Source of the DNA: Amphiscolops sp. MND2022
Taxonomy: Eukaryota
Reading direction: 5' to 3'
Assembly: GCA_964187785.1 (NCBI GenBank)
Contig: OZ076409.1
Coordinates: 63,676,001-63,740,000, forward strand
DNA: 64,000 nucleotides
Shown one piece after another: positions 36,993-50,700 of the stretch; the stretch's first letter is position 1, and every line of letters starts with the position of its first letter. Made by a program: the position numbers and the translations under genes. Under the pieces are notes generated by a model, which was not told the origin of the DNA, did not search any database, and was given only the letters and a program-made list of their open reading frames with translations.

Positions 36993-39470
36993 AACATTAT
37001 CCAACCTACTGACAGCCCAAACGTAGTGTCGTGGAAGAGTTTTTGATTACAAAAAAGTTGTTAGAAAAACGAAACGTCAAAGGTAGGAATTACTAAAACT
37101 GGAAGTGAGTTTTTGTCAAATCAAAATTCTATTGAACTGCTGTTCGGTTTACAAACATTTTGACTTGATCTCCTAATTCACAGTTCAGATCTCTCATCCT
37201 GTGGTAAATCTCCGACAGTGTGAACTTGTAGGGCATCGTTTTCCGGATATGCTCGTATTGGTACATATATTCCGTCTTTCTCACTCGCGTAATCACTGTC
37301 GGTTTTTCGAGGTGATGTCTCCACCCACAACTTGCTCCCTCTTTTCGGTTTTTCTGGTCCATCTGAAATAATGATCTCTAAATTATTTCCAGTGCAATAT
37401 TTTATCCGTATGCATTTTTACTGATTTCGGATCCGTATACTACAGTTTGTATGTTTTTCTACCCTTCCGAACTTCCGAAATATTTCGTTGAATTCCATTC
37501 CTAGAACGCTGTCCAGTTTTTTTCGGTGACTGAATTTTTCCGGAAATTATTTTTTCGGTTCTAGTTCTCGCCATTATTATGTGATTGGCGGTTTTGCCCA
37601 ATGTGTACCACCTGACATATATCGGTCATTTAGGTTGTGTGGTGCTCAAATGGACAACTCTGACAATCGGATAAAGGTGATTTTCCAACTTTCATGATTT
37701 TCCCTAATTCTGTTCTTGAATTGTCATCGTGAGGTATTTCAAACGGTGTCTGCTTTAGTTCAGTATGTAATGTAAACTGCAAAACTGGTAATGCTTGATT
37801 TGATTTTAGTAGTAGGCCTCCCGTAGTCCAGATTTATTTTTTCTTCGAATTTTTCAAGGTTTGATAAGCTCTGGTCCGTTTTCTGTATGCCGTTGCGTTG
37901 GACAGTAATTTGATTCCGAAATTAGTTTCGATTAGATACAAAAATTTCATCTCCGTTTTTTCTACCCGGTGATTCTCATAAAATAAAGTTACTCGTTGAG
38001 ATATAAATAACTGCTTTGGTGGGTGATGTTTTACAAAATCTTGCTGTCAGCAATTTACTGATCTGGTCAGTCGTAATATCTGAACTTCGTTGTTTATTTT
38101 CTCAAGGATATGATTTCCGGTAAAGACTGTTTGCATTTGCTAAACTAGTTCGGTTCGGTTTTTTAGTTTTGCGTACCTATTTTACAGTTTTTGGTATTTG
38201 ATGTTCTCATCTGATCTTATTTTGGCTTTAGCTGGAATCTTCTTTGTTCCCTCGTGGACAAAAAGTAGTATGACCAGCAGTCATTTCCGAAAGTCGAACC
38301 GAGCAATGATCTGATGGCACATGAATAGTAGACCAGACATTATTAACAGTTTATCGAATACCAGCTTAACTCCCTTTGGTGACATATCATTGAGGTCTTG
38401 CTCACTCTGACTGCCCCTATGTCGGTTTCAGTTGCAGTTTAAGAGATCAGGGTTTTTGGACCAGTCATCAAATTGAACCTGCTATTTGAGATTGCCTTCT
38501 GTGTTTGTGTTTTGTGATAGTTTTTTTTTACTTCATTTGGTTCACTTGTTTCTAGTGAGCATGCTTTCCTTCCGTGCTATATCGTCTCATATCGACGATA
38601 CGCAAGTTGTCTCTCCTGATGATGACGCTGCCCTCGTTTTCCGTATCTCACAATTCGGGGTCAATTTCCCCTTATTCAGGATTTCCGGTATCGTACTCTT
38701 TTAGTCGGTTCTCCCAGTCTGCGTGATCGTTGTAGCTTCAGTCACTGATATTTTATCTGTTCATTTCGTGACCTCGAGTAAAATGTCCTCTGAATTTGTG
38801 ATCACACTGCCTTCTGATGGTTCTGGGTAGTGAGTGCTGTTCCTCTGTTCGACCAGGACCCGGGTTTCCCCGCTTTTGTTCCGGTTTCGAATATTCGATT
38901 TTACTTCTCGGATCGCTGTTCAGTGGTAATAAAATTCGTGGTCCATGTTCTGGGAAACAGTGCTGATCAGATCAGAATTTAAAAGCTTGCCGGCTTTTGC
39001 GCAGCTAGTTTTAGAGCTCCCGATTGAGGTGTTTTCACTAATTTGGTTTTTGTTCGTCGTTTTTGTCCTGAAATGCTTTGTTCGGTGGTTAGTTTTCTGT
39101 TTTGGTTTTATGTTCTCTAAAAAGTAGGCGTATAATTGGGTGTATTGTAATGTCAATTCTGTTCGTTCGGTTATTCTGTCATACACATTTCTCCTTACTG
39201 ATTATTCACCTACCGGAATACGACATAGAATGTATCGTGAAAGCAAAATGTCCTAATCGATCTAATCACCTCGCTCGTCGAGCACTGTGTTGCTTGTTCC
39301 ATCCTTTTCTTCCATCTCACGGCTTTAAGGTTTTATGAACCCTTTAAGAATACAATTTTTTATTTTCCGCCCATATTTGATATGGGAAAGGAAAATATTT
39401 AAATCAAACGGGTTTTTTTACAAAATTTGCACAGCACGAAATTTATATTCACCTTAAAGGGTGTAGAATT

Positions 39471-41050
39471 CATAGAAATCAAATCACGTAAATTTTTCTT
39501 CCACGTAAATCACGTAAACCCATAGAATTCAAATCACGTAAATTTTTCTTCGAGCGATATGTATTTGTAGAGATTTTTGGAATTTTTTGGGAATGACGAA
39601 AATGACCCCAAAATGACCACGGAAATGACAAAAACTCAACAATTTCCCAATTTTCAACGTTTTTATGCAATTTTTGTCATTTTTTCGGTCGCAATCGTGG
39701 ATAAGTATGTTGAAAACGTTCAACAAGGCACGAATCCGTTGTCCAATAGTCTTCTTTGAAGAGATGAATCCGGTTTTTTAAAGGAAAAATTACACCAAAA
39801 ATAACAAAAATTCCAAAATTTTCGATTTTTAACGTTTTTATCCAACTTCGTAGATTAAAATGTTGACAAGAGTGAACAAGGAACGAGTTCGTTGTCCAGT
39901 AGTCTTTTATGAAGAGATAATTGCGGTTTTCAAGTTGAAAAGTATCTCAAAGTGGCACCGAAATAGACAAAAACAAAAAAGCTCAAACTTTCAAAGTTTC
40001 TATGCGTTTTTGTCAAATTTATGACAGACTTCGTGGATTTGAATGTTAAAAAGTGGCAACGAGGAAAGCGTTTGTTGTCTAGTAGTCTTTTATAAAGAGA
40101 TTGTTGCAGTTTTCTTAGTGGAAATTTTCTCAAATTGACACCCAAAATGAGGAAAAACCCCAAAATTTTCAAATTTTCAATGTTTTCATGCAGTTTTTGT
40201 CAAATTGTCGATAGACCTCGTGGACTAGAATGTTAAAACCCCTACACAATGGAAACACTTTTCGTTTCAGTGAGCTTTTGTTGAGAGATAAAAACAGTTT
40301 TTAATAGAAAATGCCTCAACTTGACTCAGAAAATGTCGATAAATTAAGTTTTTGTTGTTTCGATGCAATTTCTGTACAATTTTCGAGCGCTTTCGTTATA
40401 AGTTCTAACACAGTCAAAACGAAAAAAACGAAAACTATGCAATACAGTATTTGAAGAATACGTTGCAGGGTTTTGCTTCAAACACACTCCAGAATGATTC
40501 CAAATCTGTCGAGAATTCGAGAAAGTTCAACGTCTTCTCGTTTTTTTGCAACTTATATGTACTTTTCGAATCGTTTTGGAGTCAGAATGTTAGCAAACGT
40601 TCAACAATGATTGAACTCATAATCCAGTAGGCACTTGAGGAAGAATTTGCAGACATCGGTTGGAAAATGGTCAGAATTGACCGCAAAAAGTCGAAATTTT
40701 GCCCATTTCTGACATTTCCAGTGAGTTTTTATTTGAGACTAGAAAACTTTGACATAACATAGGAAAAAAGCTTCCAAAAACTTAATATGGTAAAAGTAGG
40801 TCCGCAGCACGTTTTTGGAAGAGAAATTTGCATGTTTTATGGCAGAAAGTTTCCTCAGAATGACCCGGATAATTCAAAAACTGAGAATTTGTATTTTTTG
40901 AAACATTTCATGCCCTTTTTATACAACTTTCAAGCTACTTCCTTGCAAAAAGAGGTTTTAGAAACTCAGTAAAGACTAATCCCGGTATCCAGTAGGCGTT
41001 TTTGAAGATATAACTGTTATTTTTCTGGAATTGGCCTCAAAACCACCCCA
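39471..41050. repeat. Diverged ~150-190-bp tandem repeat array, preceded by a 30-bp direct repeat (39471-39500 / 39521-39550)
   Basis: Recurring GTTGTCCA(A/G)TAGTCTT...GAAGAGAT-like unit near 39738, 39891, 40074, 40265, 40622 and 40987. Confidence 0.6.
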
Positions 41051-41803
41051 AAATCCAACAAACGACAAAAAAGCACGTTTTTTGACGGATCAATCCAAAT
41101 TTTTGTTCAAACCACGAAAATTTTGTGGAATAAAATTTCCATACACCTGAACTTTGAAACAAAAAGGTATTCAAAACGCAATTTGGGAAAGAAATTACGA
41201 TGAAGTTCTTCGAGTTTACAACAAAGGTGTAAGAATTCCCGAACTTTCTAAATTTTCGACAACCAAGTAAAAATTTTGGAACCTTTCCGAAAAATTACTT
41301 CAATCAGAAAACCCATGGGCTCAAGATTGAAACGTGTAGCTGCCGGCAGTGTTTCGGAAAGATATCAGACTAGGTTTTGTTCACAATTTTCAAAAAATTT
41401 TATTGAAAACGTAAAATTTTTTTCGACCTTGTTTGTGAAATATTTAATATTCAAAATGCTTCAAGCAAAATCACTAGAAGTGGAGTGAACTTTCAAAAGG
41501 AAAAAGTTTTTGCAGTTTCCCACGCAGGAAGAAAACCTGAGAATGACACAATAACAAAAATGAAAAGAGGCATTTCCCATAATCATCAAAAAAACTCCTC
41601 AGTTCCAAAGTATCAAAAGTAACAAAGAGGTCACCCCAAGACTCGGGAAACTGATCTCCTTTACAGAAAACCTCAAACACTAAAACTTGTGAAAATTGTT
41701 TTTCGAAAATTGTCTTCCAAAAGGTTCTCTTCACGCGGTAAGTCGAATAGTGCCGAATATACAAAAAGTGGGCAGCTACTGCAGAAATAATAAATTAGGT
41801 ATA

Positions 41804-42234
41804 CAGCCTTGTGCATATTAGTTCCATCACTCTGTCAAATTAGCTCTTGGCTTCAATAAAAACGGATTGTTTTGGGCGTCCTCCCTGGTCTCCGCGAAGG
41901 CGACAGCGTACCCACCTTCCGATAATGCGAAATAATATTGGAAATGGTTCTTTGTGGTACTAATACCATTTTCGAAACTTGCCATTGGCTATATTTTTCC
42001 CGCGTTTTTTGAAGGATCAATTTTCTGACACATTCAGACACTGTTTTGCCTGGCATGTTTGCTTTACTAACCGCACAGAAATTCAAACTGACAACTTGGT
42101 GGAAAGCAACAGTGTATGTGTTGTTGAAATACAAGGAATTTAAATGTTCGGCGTGAAATCAAAACGTGAAAAAATTAAATTAAATATAGTGTGTGAAAGT
42201 AGACAAATGATCGAACAAATATGCACAAGGGCTG
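41804..42234 (-). mobile_element. Internally deleted Tc1-like DNA transposon (431 bp)
   Basis: TA on both sides; imperfect ~33-bp TIRs CAGCC(C)TTGTGCATATT...; retains the transposase N-terminal HTH (MPGKTVSECVRKLI...SRRPGRTPKT). Confidence 0.85.
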
Positions 42235-44218
42235 TAGCCTTTAAAGCAGGACTAAGATGAATCAAAGTTTTTTTCTTCGAACTTTTTTTCACAGTGCTTT
42301 GGCTATTCTTGAGCCGCAAATTTATATAGTTGTAGAACAATTTGGGGCGGAAAATATCTCGCTGCTCAGTGGGCGTCTTGTTTCGTTTATATTGAGCCGA
42401 ATGTTCTCAGGTTTGCAGCCTGTCAAAAAGAAGTCAAGATCTTCGACTGAGTAATTCTTCCCGGAGTCGTTTATATTTCAATTTCCGTATTTCAATTCCC
42501 GTATGTATTTTTTTTGGAAATGTGGACGTGTTTTTGCCAGTGTAAAGCCGCGTCCGGGGGGTTACTAGCATCTGTAGTAAGCATGGTTACTGTCTGCTGC
42601 ATAGTGTCATAAACAAAAATGTTCTCAGTACGTTGTTCAGTCGGCCTGTTTTTTCGAAAGTTCCGTAAGAGCTTTGCCATGTACTGTATGCCTTCGAGGA
42701 ATGGTTTACATTCCTGTGTATTTTCCTGCGGGTGTGGGACAATATTGTTCCGGTGTTGTGACTCTCAATGAAATTCATTCAATCAAAATGTTGAGTCACA
42801 AGATCCTGTTATGTCGTCGTTTGGTACTTCCTTTTCAATAATTTCATGTCACAGCCACTTTGTTTGGTTCATAGAAAATTCTCGAATTCTTTGGTTTGAC
42901 CTGTTTTAATATAGGGTTTTAATTTTTGAAGGATTTTGGTTGTTTCTTTTGGGGTGTTTGCTGGTGCGTGTTTCCACAGATACGCCAACTGATCATGCGG
43001 GTTTACAACACTTGAAAGCTCGGTCGATATGTTTTTGACTAGTCAACCAGTCCACAGAACCCTTTTGAGAATCTTTAATATTTTGTTTTTTTTTCGGCTA
43101 AGGCAAAAACACGTTGTCGGCTGCTTTTTTTGGGTAATTTCATTTAACCGTAGACGTAATTCAAATCATGTTTTGATATTAGACACCGTTCGGTATCTAG
43201 TGATTTTTACCGGAATTCGGTTTTAAAATTATGCAAATTCGAATCTGTGGTCTAATCTTCCTACAAGTGTCATATAGATTTCGTCAGTCAAGTTATTTCG
43301 TTAATGATATGGCGTTGTTTACGGTTTTCACTATCGGAGATACGGAACGGTTGAACTTCCTAAATAATGTTGGAGTAGTAGCAAGAATACCTTCGGAGAA
43401 AGGTGATGTCGAGTCTGTTCCCAAAGTAGATCTGTTTATATATTAGATTTTTATTGTTTCTCAAATTTTCTCGGGCGATATCCCATCTACGATACTATTC
43501 TTAGTTTTCTCGTTCTTTATACCCTGAAATGCCTATTAAAAATCAAAAATGGTCACTATTGCAACGCATATAGAAAGATAACATCTATATTTTACACCTG
43601 TATTCAGTTTCCGCAATTTTGACATGCTTAATTTAGTCCGACATTGAGTTCGACTTAAAGCCACTAAGCAAAGAATTCCTATTAAGGTTTCCTTTCCACC
43701 TTAGACAAAATTTTTCAAGGAAAATTCCCAGGGCAACAAAGTGCATCACCTTTTGTCAGTTTTTGAATGCAATTTTCTCAAGTAGCAGTTTGCCTAATAC
43801 CAAATTTTTTCTGCACGAAAATGACATGAAAATAAACGCTAATTTTCTGCAATGGATTAGCTTATCAATAAGAGTCAGTGAGAAACTTTTTGCATAATGA
43901 TGCTAAATTCTTACAGCAGTAATTTGGCTGCTGCAGAAAACACTGGCATGGAAAAATGCGAATTTTCATGAAGTCATGCACTTCCATTGAAAAATTCGAA
44001 ATCTTTATTCAAGTAATGAAACGCAATTTTCGAAATGTGGATGCTTTTAAAATTTATCATTTCAGATTGTATTAATTCAATCTGAAATGATGAATTTTAA
44101 AAACATCCGAATTTTGAACACATGACAAAAAATTTTAAAATCAAGGCTTTCTTAATTGAGGAAATGATGGTATTTTGGAAAGTTTTTCGGAAAGTTTTTG
44201 CTGTTGCACAAATATTAC

Positions 44219-46088
44219 TGTCGTAAGCACGAGAGTTTGTGCTTGTGAGTCCGTCTTTGGAACGGTCATTGGTTTGTTTGTTCTTAGAATTGTTCCTAGG
44301 TTCTAAGTTTTGCAGTACTTCAGAATATCCTTCCGGTCTCTCATCCGGAACGTTCCATCTCTCTCTGGTCAATTGTCCCGATCCGACCAAAACTGCATTT
44401 AGGATTTGAGGCAAAATTTGACTACTAATTGCCTCATTTATGGCCCTTTGAATCTGAACACTGACGCTACTCATCATTTCATCCATCTCTCGAGATATAC
44501 GTGAATTTAAGTCACTCGACAATCTATTGATCTCAACGCTTGAACACTCCCTGATCGAATTATGGCCTAATTCGGTATTTGGACTTGGTCCGTTATTTCT
44601 TGGATTCGGGAACCCATTTTCATTTTCATCTCCAAATTCATCTCCAAACAAGCTTTCTGGCCTACCGGCTTGATTACTATTCACACTTTCATTTCTCTCA
44701 TTTCTTTCAAAATGGTTTTCACCTAACATAATGTCCAGGTTTTCAATATCTGATAACATGTCAAGTCCTCTAGACTTTCTTGCTTTCTTTTGCTTTCTAG
44801 TGGTAGGCATCAAGACAGAACCGGGTTGAATAATTCAATTATTAAAACCGGAAAACTGACAAAAGTCGTTGTATTATTTCGATCTTTATCAAAGTGAGGG
44901 TATGAGATTAATGATCTTTTTACAAGAATATGGCTATATATACTCGTAAAAGGATGACACTCACATTCCATAAATTCTTTGATCAAGAAAAACATCACAT
45001 GACTATGGCTTCAACAGGTCATTTGACAAATGCTATTTCCACGTTAGGTAAGTTATTCAGCACTTCAAAGCGGATACTTTAGGGTGATGTCCCGATTAGG
45101 GAAATTCCTAGTTTCGGGGTAGCCCTTAGGAATTCAACATCAAAGGAATGCTATTTAAAAGTATACACAAGCAGCACCTTCAAGTGTCGTGTTTACAAAC
45201 ATCATCAACATCATCCTGTCAACAAATACCAATGTCTATTGAAGGAATGCAAAAGGCATCTCTTTGGAACGTACTTGTGACACGCGCTACCACGCGCCTA
45301 TTATTTAACGTAAGTGGGGACTAGATTAAATACTACATGATCAGTTCTGCTTAAAATACTACAGCACTATTAAAATAACACACTTTCTGGCAATGCCGAA
45401 AATGGACAAAATCCGGTTTACTAATACAGCACTATAATAAAAGAGGGCAAAAGCCTTATTCGGCTTTTGAGTGATCACTAAGTTTATTAGGCTCATTGCA
45501 CGGTGTTGGTACTTTCATTCGTTATTAAGGGTACATTTGCAGTAATACACGATTAGTACACTCAATTAACACACATATAAGCTATTCCAATGGAGTGGCC
45601 GGAACCGGCCGTTTGACTAAAAGGCACAATTATTGAGTCAATTGGCCATACTCGGCCACTACATAATCGGAGTGGTATTACTTATAGAAAAGGAGCATTG
45701 TGATTGGTTAAGGAGTTGAGCTCAAGTGACGTCTCCGGAATAGGAGTTTCGTTCACTTGAACTCGTTTCCTTTCTACTGCACAGCTACATTGTCACGTAT
45801 TACGTTTACAATAGCAACGCATCTTTCAATCTTCTGAAGTTACAAATACACTATTTGAATCTTCAAATGTAACTTTTAACAGACTAATTTTACATGTGCA
45901 AGTATATATATATATATCGGAGCTAACAACATCAACAAATATATTACGTATTGAATAACAAAACAGTATGAAAGTTCTAAGTTTGTAGGTTATTCCAATT
46001 CAATAAATGGGTAATGTTCCTGGTACAAATTCTTGTCCGGTTGCCGAGGTCGTCACACTTGTACCGTCACAGGCGGCAGCCTGCGACA
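44219..46088 (-). repeat. 3' LTR of B (1870 bp); gag 5' copy from 44810 reads into flank to 44097
   Basis: Minus strand TGTCGCAGGCTGCC...TTACGACA; about 15 substitutions and a 4-bp TA indel versus 58568-60433. Confidence 0.95.
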
Positions 46089-46785
46089 CTGCGGGAGCAA
46101 TAAAAAGAAAACAGCCAGCATTGAGTCCGTTCTCGTACGCTTCCTTCCTAAGCCTGGTGATGTACTCGGGCTCATCTCTGGGTGTGGATCGCTGCATGTA
46201 CCATTCCACCTTCTCGTTCTTGATCGAGTCTACTGAACGGCCGCAAACCATGCATCCCGTATAAGGCACCACGCTAACATTTTGATAAGGCACTGTGTTT
46301 TGCACATGGTAGGACGCGTAAAACCCGCTCATTGGTGGTTGGACTAAAGGGGTATCCTGACTTGGTCCTCTTTCGTGGTCCGGCGGCGACATCGGGGACT
46401 CTAGAATTGGTAAGATTGTATTGCACAGTTCGATGCGTGACTTTTCCATCCTTTTAGGAGGGGCATAGCACCTTTCTAAGTCGAAGTACTTGTGATCCAT
46501 TTTTGGCGTCTTCTCAGCACTTACACCTGATGTGCTTGGTCCAGTCACTGACGCATCTTCTTCAGGTATCTCCGATGCCATTATCCTTCCCCCAATGAGC
46601 ATAGGGCTAGATGTTACTTCTCTTTCTATCTGCGCTATCAGTTGTTCTGTATCGGTGGAACAATCCGTCTCCCAGTCTGACTCTTCGCTCTCACTACTCG
46701 ATATGTAGATTACCGATTTCTCAGAGCCGTCTGAGTCGAATTCTTCTAAGTCGAATAACTTCCTTGCGAGGTTGTATTTACTCAT
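46000..46785 (-). CDS. Sense accessory ORF of B (261 aa), ends 89 bp inside the 3' LTR
   Basis: Intact; homologous to 29584-30387. Confidence 0.88.
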   Translation of the reverse strand: MSKYNLARKLFDLEEFDSDGSEKSVIYISSSESEESDWETDCSTDTEQLIAQIEREVTSSPMLIGGRIMASEIPEEDASVTGPSTSGVSAEKTPKMDHKYFDLERCYAPPKRMEKSRIELCNTILPILESPMSPPDHERGPSQDTPLVQPPMSGFYASYHVQNTVPYQNVSVVPYTGCMVCGRSVDSIKNEKVEWYMQRSTPRDEPEYITRLRKEAYENGLNAGCFLFIAPAVSQAAACDGTSVTTSATGQEFVPGTLPIY

Positions 46786-47703
46786 GATGACTTTCTTCGC
46801 TATTTTGAAGCTTGTGGATGCAACTGTATCGTGATGAAGTTTTAGGATAGAATGAATTTGTCAAATCCAAAATTTAGTCGAGTAAGGTGTTTTCCCGAAG
46901 TTTCCAATTTGGCGGTTAGACCTTCGGTTAATCGTCCTGATCTGTCATAAACTTTCCAGAATGGAATTCCTCAGCTTGTCGGCTCCCTTTGATAACATGA
47001 TGTTTACCCCTCATCAGTGTCATCACTAGAAGAGGTGTGAATGACTCTCAGCTTATGAATATCAACTACACCCGTCTCAAGTGGGTAATTAACGGGTCGC
47101 TTGCAAGCAATTAACGGCGCTTGTCGGATAAAACTCACTGAAATGGCTTCAGCCAATCAAATTTGAGCTTCGATAAAATTGGAAAATTGAATAATAAAGA
47201 TGGCGTAAAATAATAATTTTGAATAACTAAAATGACGAAAATAATAAATCTAAATAATCCAAGATGGCGAAAATTCTAACTAAGGGAAACTAGGGTATCT
47301 GGACGTAATGGCAAAACGAAGTAGGGCAAGCGGCCGTAACCGGCCTCTAACTGAATAAGCTGTAACAACTAACGCTCTTTGTACATTTCGCTGGCAGACT
47401 CCATGTACATTTTAAATATGTAAATAATCAAACAATATTAGTCTGGTAAATCTCTTCAGCCACGAACTCCAACTTTCCAATTCTTTTATTCATTTTTAAT
47501 TCCATTCCAATTCTATTTATATATCAATTGTACCCCTTACTGGGATCCTCCCGACTGGTATTCATCTTCCCTTTGTCTCTAACTCTGCTGTCGATCCCCT
47601 CTGTGCAGCACTAGGGCCCTTAACTTCAGTCCATCCACGGCCATTTCCTTCAGCTTCTTTCGCCCTACGAGAGCATTTATTGCACGAATATCATCACGAC
47701 AAC

Positions 47704-50700
47704 ATGTCTTCCAATCCAGGTTGGTTTGATTTTCTCTTTCTTTCAAACAAGCTTAGCTTGATCAAGGCTAAACATTGTTCACATGACGCTTCCTGTTTCC
47801 ATCAACTAGACGCGTGAAAGCACGCTTCATTCAATTTTCAAGACACTTCCGGAAGATTTCCAACGCGGTAAAATGGACACTTTTCAAGGAAGCATACCGC
47901 TAAACTTTATCTCTTTTCGTTTAGATAATCAGACTTCTGAGATTGAAAACGTACCCAACCCTTCTGGACTGCCGCAAACAATTTCCAATGAAGGTACAGT
48001 TCCGAGTGTGGCGGATATCGCCAAGTCTGCGATTTCTCCCCAAAGTGTCGAAAGTGAGGTGGACGTGAATGCCTATGCAGAAGCTAAAGTACAAGAGATG
48101 GAGGTCGAGCAGAGTCAAATGCAACAACGATCACCTTCCAGTGATCTCAATTTGATGACGACCAACCCCGAGGCTTCCACTAGCACCTATGTTCCCCAGA
48201 GTTTAGTCCCAGTTCGGTCCAGTACCCCAATACCGGTAGAGACTGCTGGAATATCCCAAGCCAGCTTGCACACATTAGAAGCAGGTCTAACAGTTGTAAA
48301 CAACCCTGGGTCCCAATTACCTGAGCTTCTTCCTGCCACTGAAGTGGGGACCGTTGTTCCGCCAGTTAGGAAGACCTTGGACGATGAGGATGGAGAATCT
48401 TCTGTCTATGAAGTTCCTATGTTGCCCACCCAGGAACACAAAGTCCGGTTCTTGACCGACTTGAGTGAGGCTGAGAAAACAACCGGAGAGGCGAGCAGCA
48501 CTGAATGTCCTTCACTCTATGGGGATATTCCCGGGATGTCCGAATCTGGAGGAGAGACCAGTGAATGCCCTGACACTACCGTCCTTAGACAGCACCAGAC
48601 CGACCCACAGGCGTCCACTTCTCAAGGCTTTGACATCCAACATCCTGAACTCTCTGGAAGGGCGCGAGCCATACTGAAGACTTATTTCGATGAGACGCAT
48701 GCTTTTCGGTTCCCGCCAGGACAAACAGCAGTTGCCTTCACAGAGTCTCAGGTATATCACTTGTTACGCGTCTTAACTGACGAAACGCTTCGGATGTCAT
48801 ATTCTACCATGGAAAGAATGATTCTGGATGCAGTCCGGGGTAGTCCTACAGTCGCCCCATCACGCACTGACCATTTCAAATCAAGGACCAGAGCGCAGAC
48901 CCCTTACAGGGAACCTGATAGCGACTCCAGCGACGCCGAGACCGGAGACTTGCCGACTACGGATTCTGAGGGACATGACACCATAGACCGGGGTACACTT
49001 GGCGACTCTTCCTCATTTGGAGAAAGCGACAGTGCTGGCGAAATGGCCTTGATTTCGGCTTCTTTTAAAACTTCAGCCATAATTACAGACGTCCCAATTG
49101 TGTCACCTACAGAGCAGCTAGGAGTCATACAGACTGGTAGTCAAGAAACTGACCGAAGCAGTCAGGATATCACTTTATCTGAGGTGAGAGAACAGTCACT
49201 CCGATCTAGGCCCAAGTCAATGAGTAAGAAGGCCCCGAAGACTAAGAGACCACCTCAACGTGGAGTTCCAATGCGCGAGGAGTTCTTCGCAAAAATTGGT
49301 TGGACCCGGTCGTTCATCTCCGGGCCAGCGGACCCGATCCACAACCCCTTCATGGTCTGGTGCCACATTTGCAAAAAGAACTTCTCCATTAGAAGTAAGG
49401 GGACAATGGAGATACTCAGGCACCACAGGACCGAGAAGCACCTTAGACGGGACCAGAGATGGAGGTACGAGCATCTGAAAAGTACCGATCCAGTTACACT
49501 CAAGACCCAACACTGAGTCCGAGGCAGAAATGGGAAAATCTTGAGCAAGATAGAACTGGCCAAGGAGCTCCCCAAGTTTATCCATGTGGATTTAGTGGAT
49601 ATCGGAGAACGTTTTCCTTTCTACGAGGACTTCATTCGAGGTAGGACTACTCCCTTGGTTACTCCCGAGTCCCGAGCAAGAACTCAGCTAAGCATGGTAG
49701 CTGATTTCATCCAGAGCTATGGCGACATCACCGTCCTCCGGAGCATGTGGGCCAAGGTCAGTTCCGTTACCGACCATCAGGCTTCCCTTTGCGACTTCGA
49801 TTGGGGAGAAGAGAGGATGACTGTAAGTATTATTTGCTTTCCCTTCTCACAGGACCTTCCCCTTTCTAGGTTGTTATCTTTTGGCTTGTGTCCCTTTTAG
49901 GCAATATTCCAACATTTCTTCAACTGTGCCATGAGTGACGTTGCTGACCAGATTTCCACCCTGCAATGCTTTGCCTTGGAATTTGAAGACCAGGGACCCA
50001 ACCGATTCATGTCCGTGAGGTTCTGGAAGGGTCAATATCTTTGCAAAGTCATTGCTTGTCGCAGCAGGCTACCTACCACTGACCTCACCGGAGAGCTAGG
50101 TTCCATGGCGCGACTCTTGTCTGCAATCTCGACAAAGGCGGACATAGTGGCCTGTTCTGGGTGTCCGGCCGATCTAATCCGGACCATAGACGAGCTCCCA
50201 ACTTCGGCGCGGGCTGTACAGAGCTGCTTCAGGTTCAACCAGCTCAACCTGTCCAAGTTGATGCACAAGAAGAACTACAGTGTCTTCGGCCACATAGACT
50301 TCTTCTCAGTGCTACGCGGCTTAGTCATTTCCCTGGGTGGGTTGACCGATGAGGACTGGATACTACGTAGTCCCGAACTGGCCAAAGTAAGTGGGTGCTC
50401 GTTTCATTTTGTAGCGCTAACTCGTACTCTTAAGGGTTTCTAGACGGGTTATTACAGTGGCTCCGCTTTTCCTTTAGGCTATTTCCAAGAGCGATCTAGA
50501 CATGTCTACACTGCCTGCTCTGTGCCAAGAACTCATGGACGAGTGGAAATCCGTGGTCTCTTTCCTCACCGAGCACTCTCCCAAACAACTAGGCCAGGGA
50601 GTTAAAACTAGAGTAAGTGTCTCAACTCAAGTTTCGTCTTTTCCCATTAGACGCGGAGATCTTGTAGTTACACCGTAAACCTTTTGTTGCAGGTTCAGAG

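Noticed and set aside
37080..39300. Possible ancient retroelement relics here and at about 42440-43450
   Set aside because: Strand-biased composition is suggestive, but I could not read a diagnostic protein motif.
47873..47924. Conserved FISFRLDN as an N-terminal protein motif
   Set aside because: Equally explained as a conserved splice acceptor (TTTCGTTTAG/AT) joined in frame to a 16-nt upstream exon in both elements; kept only as an alternative start.
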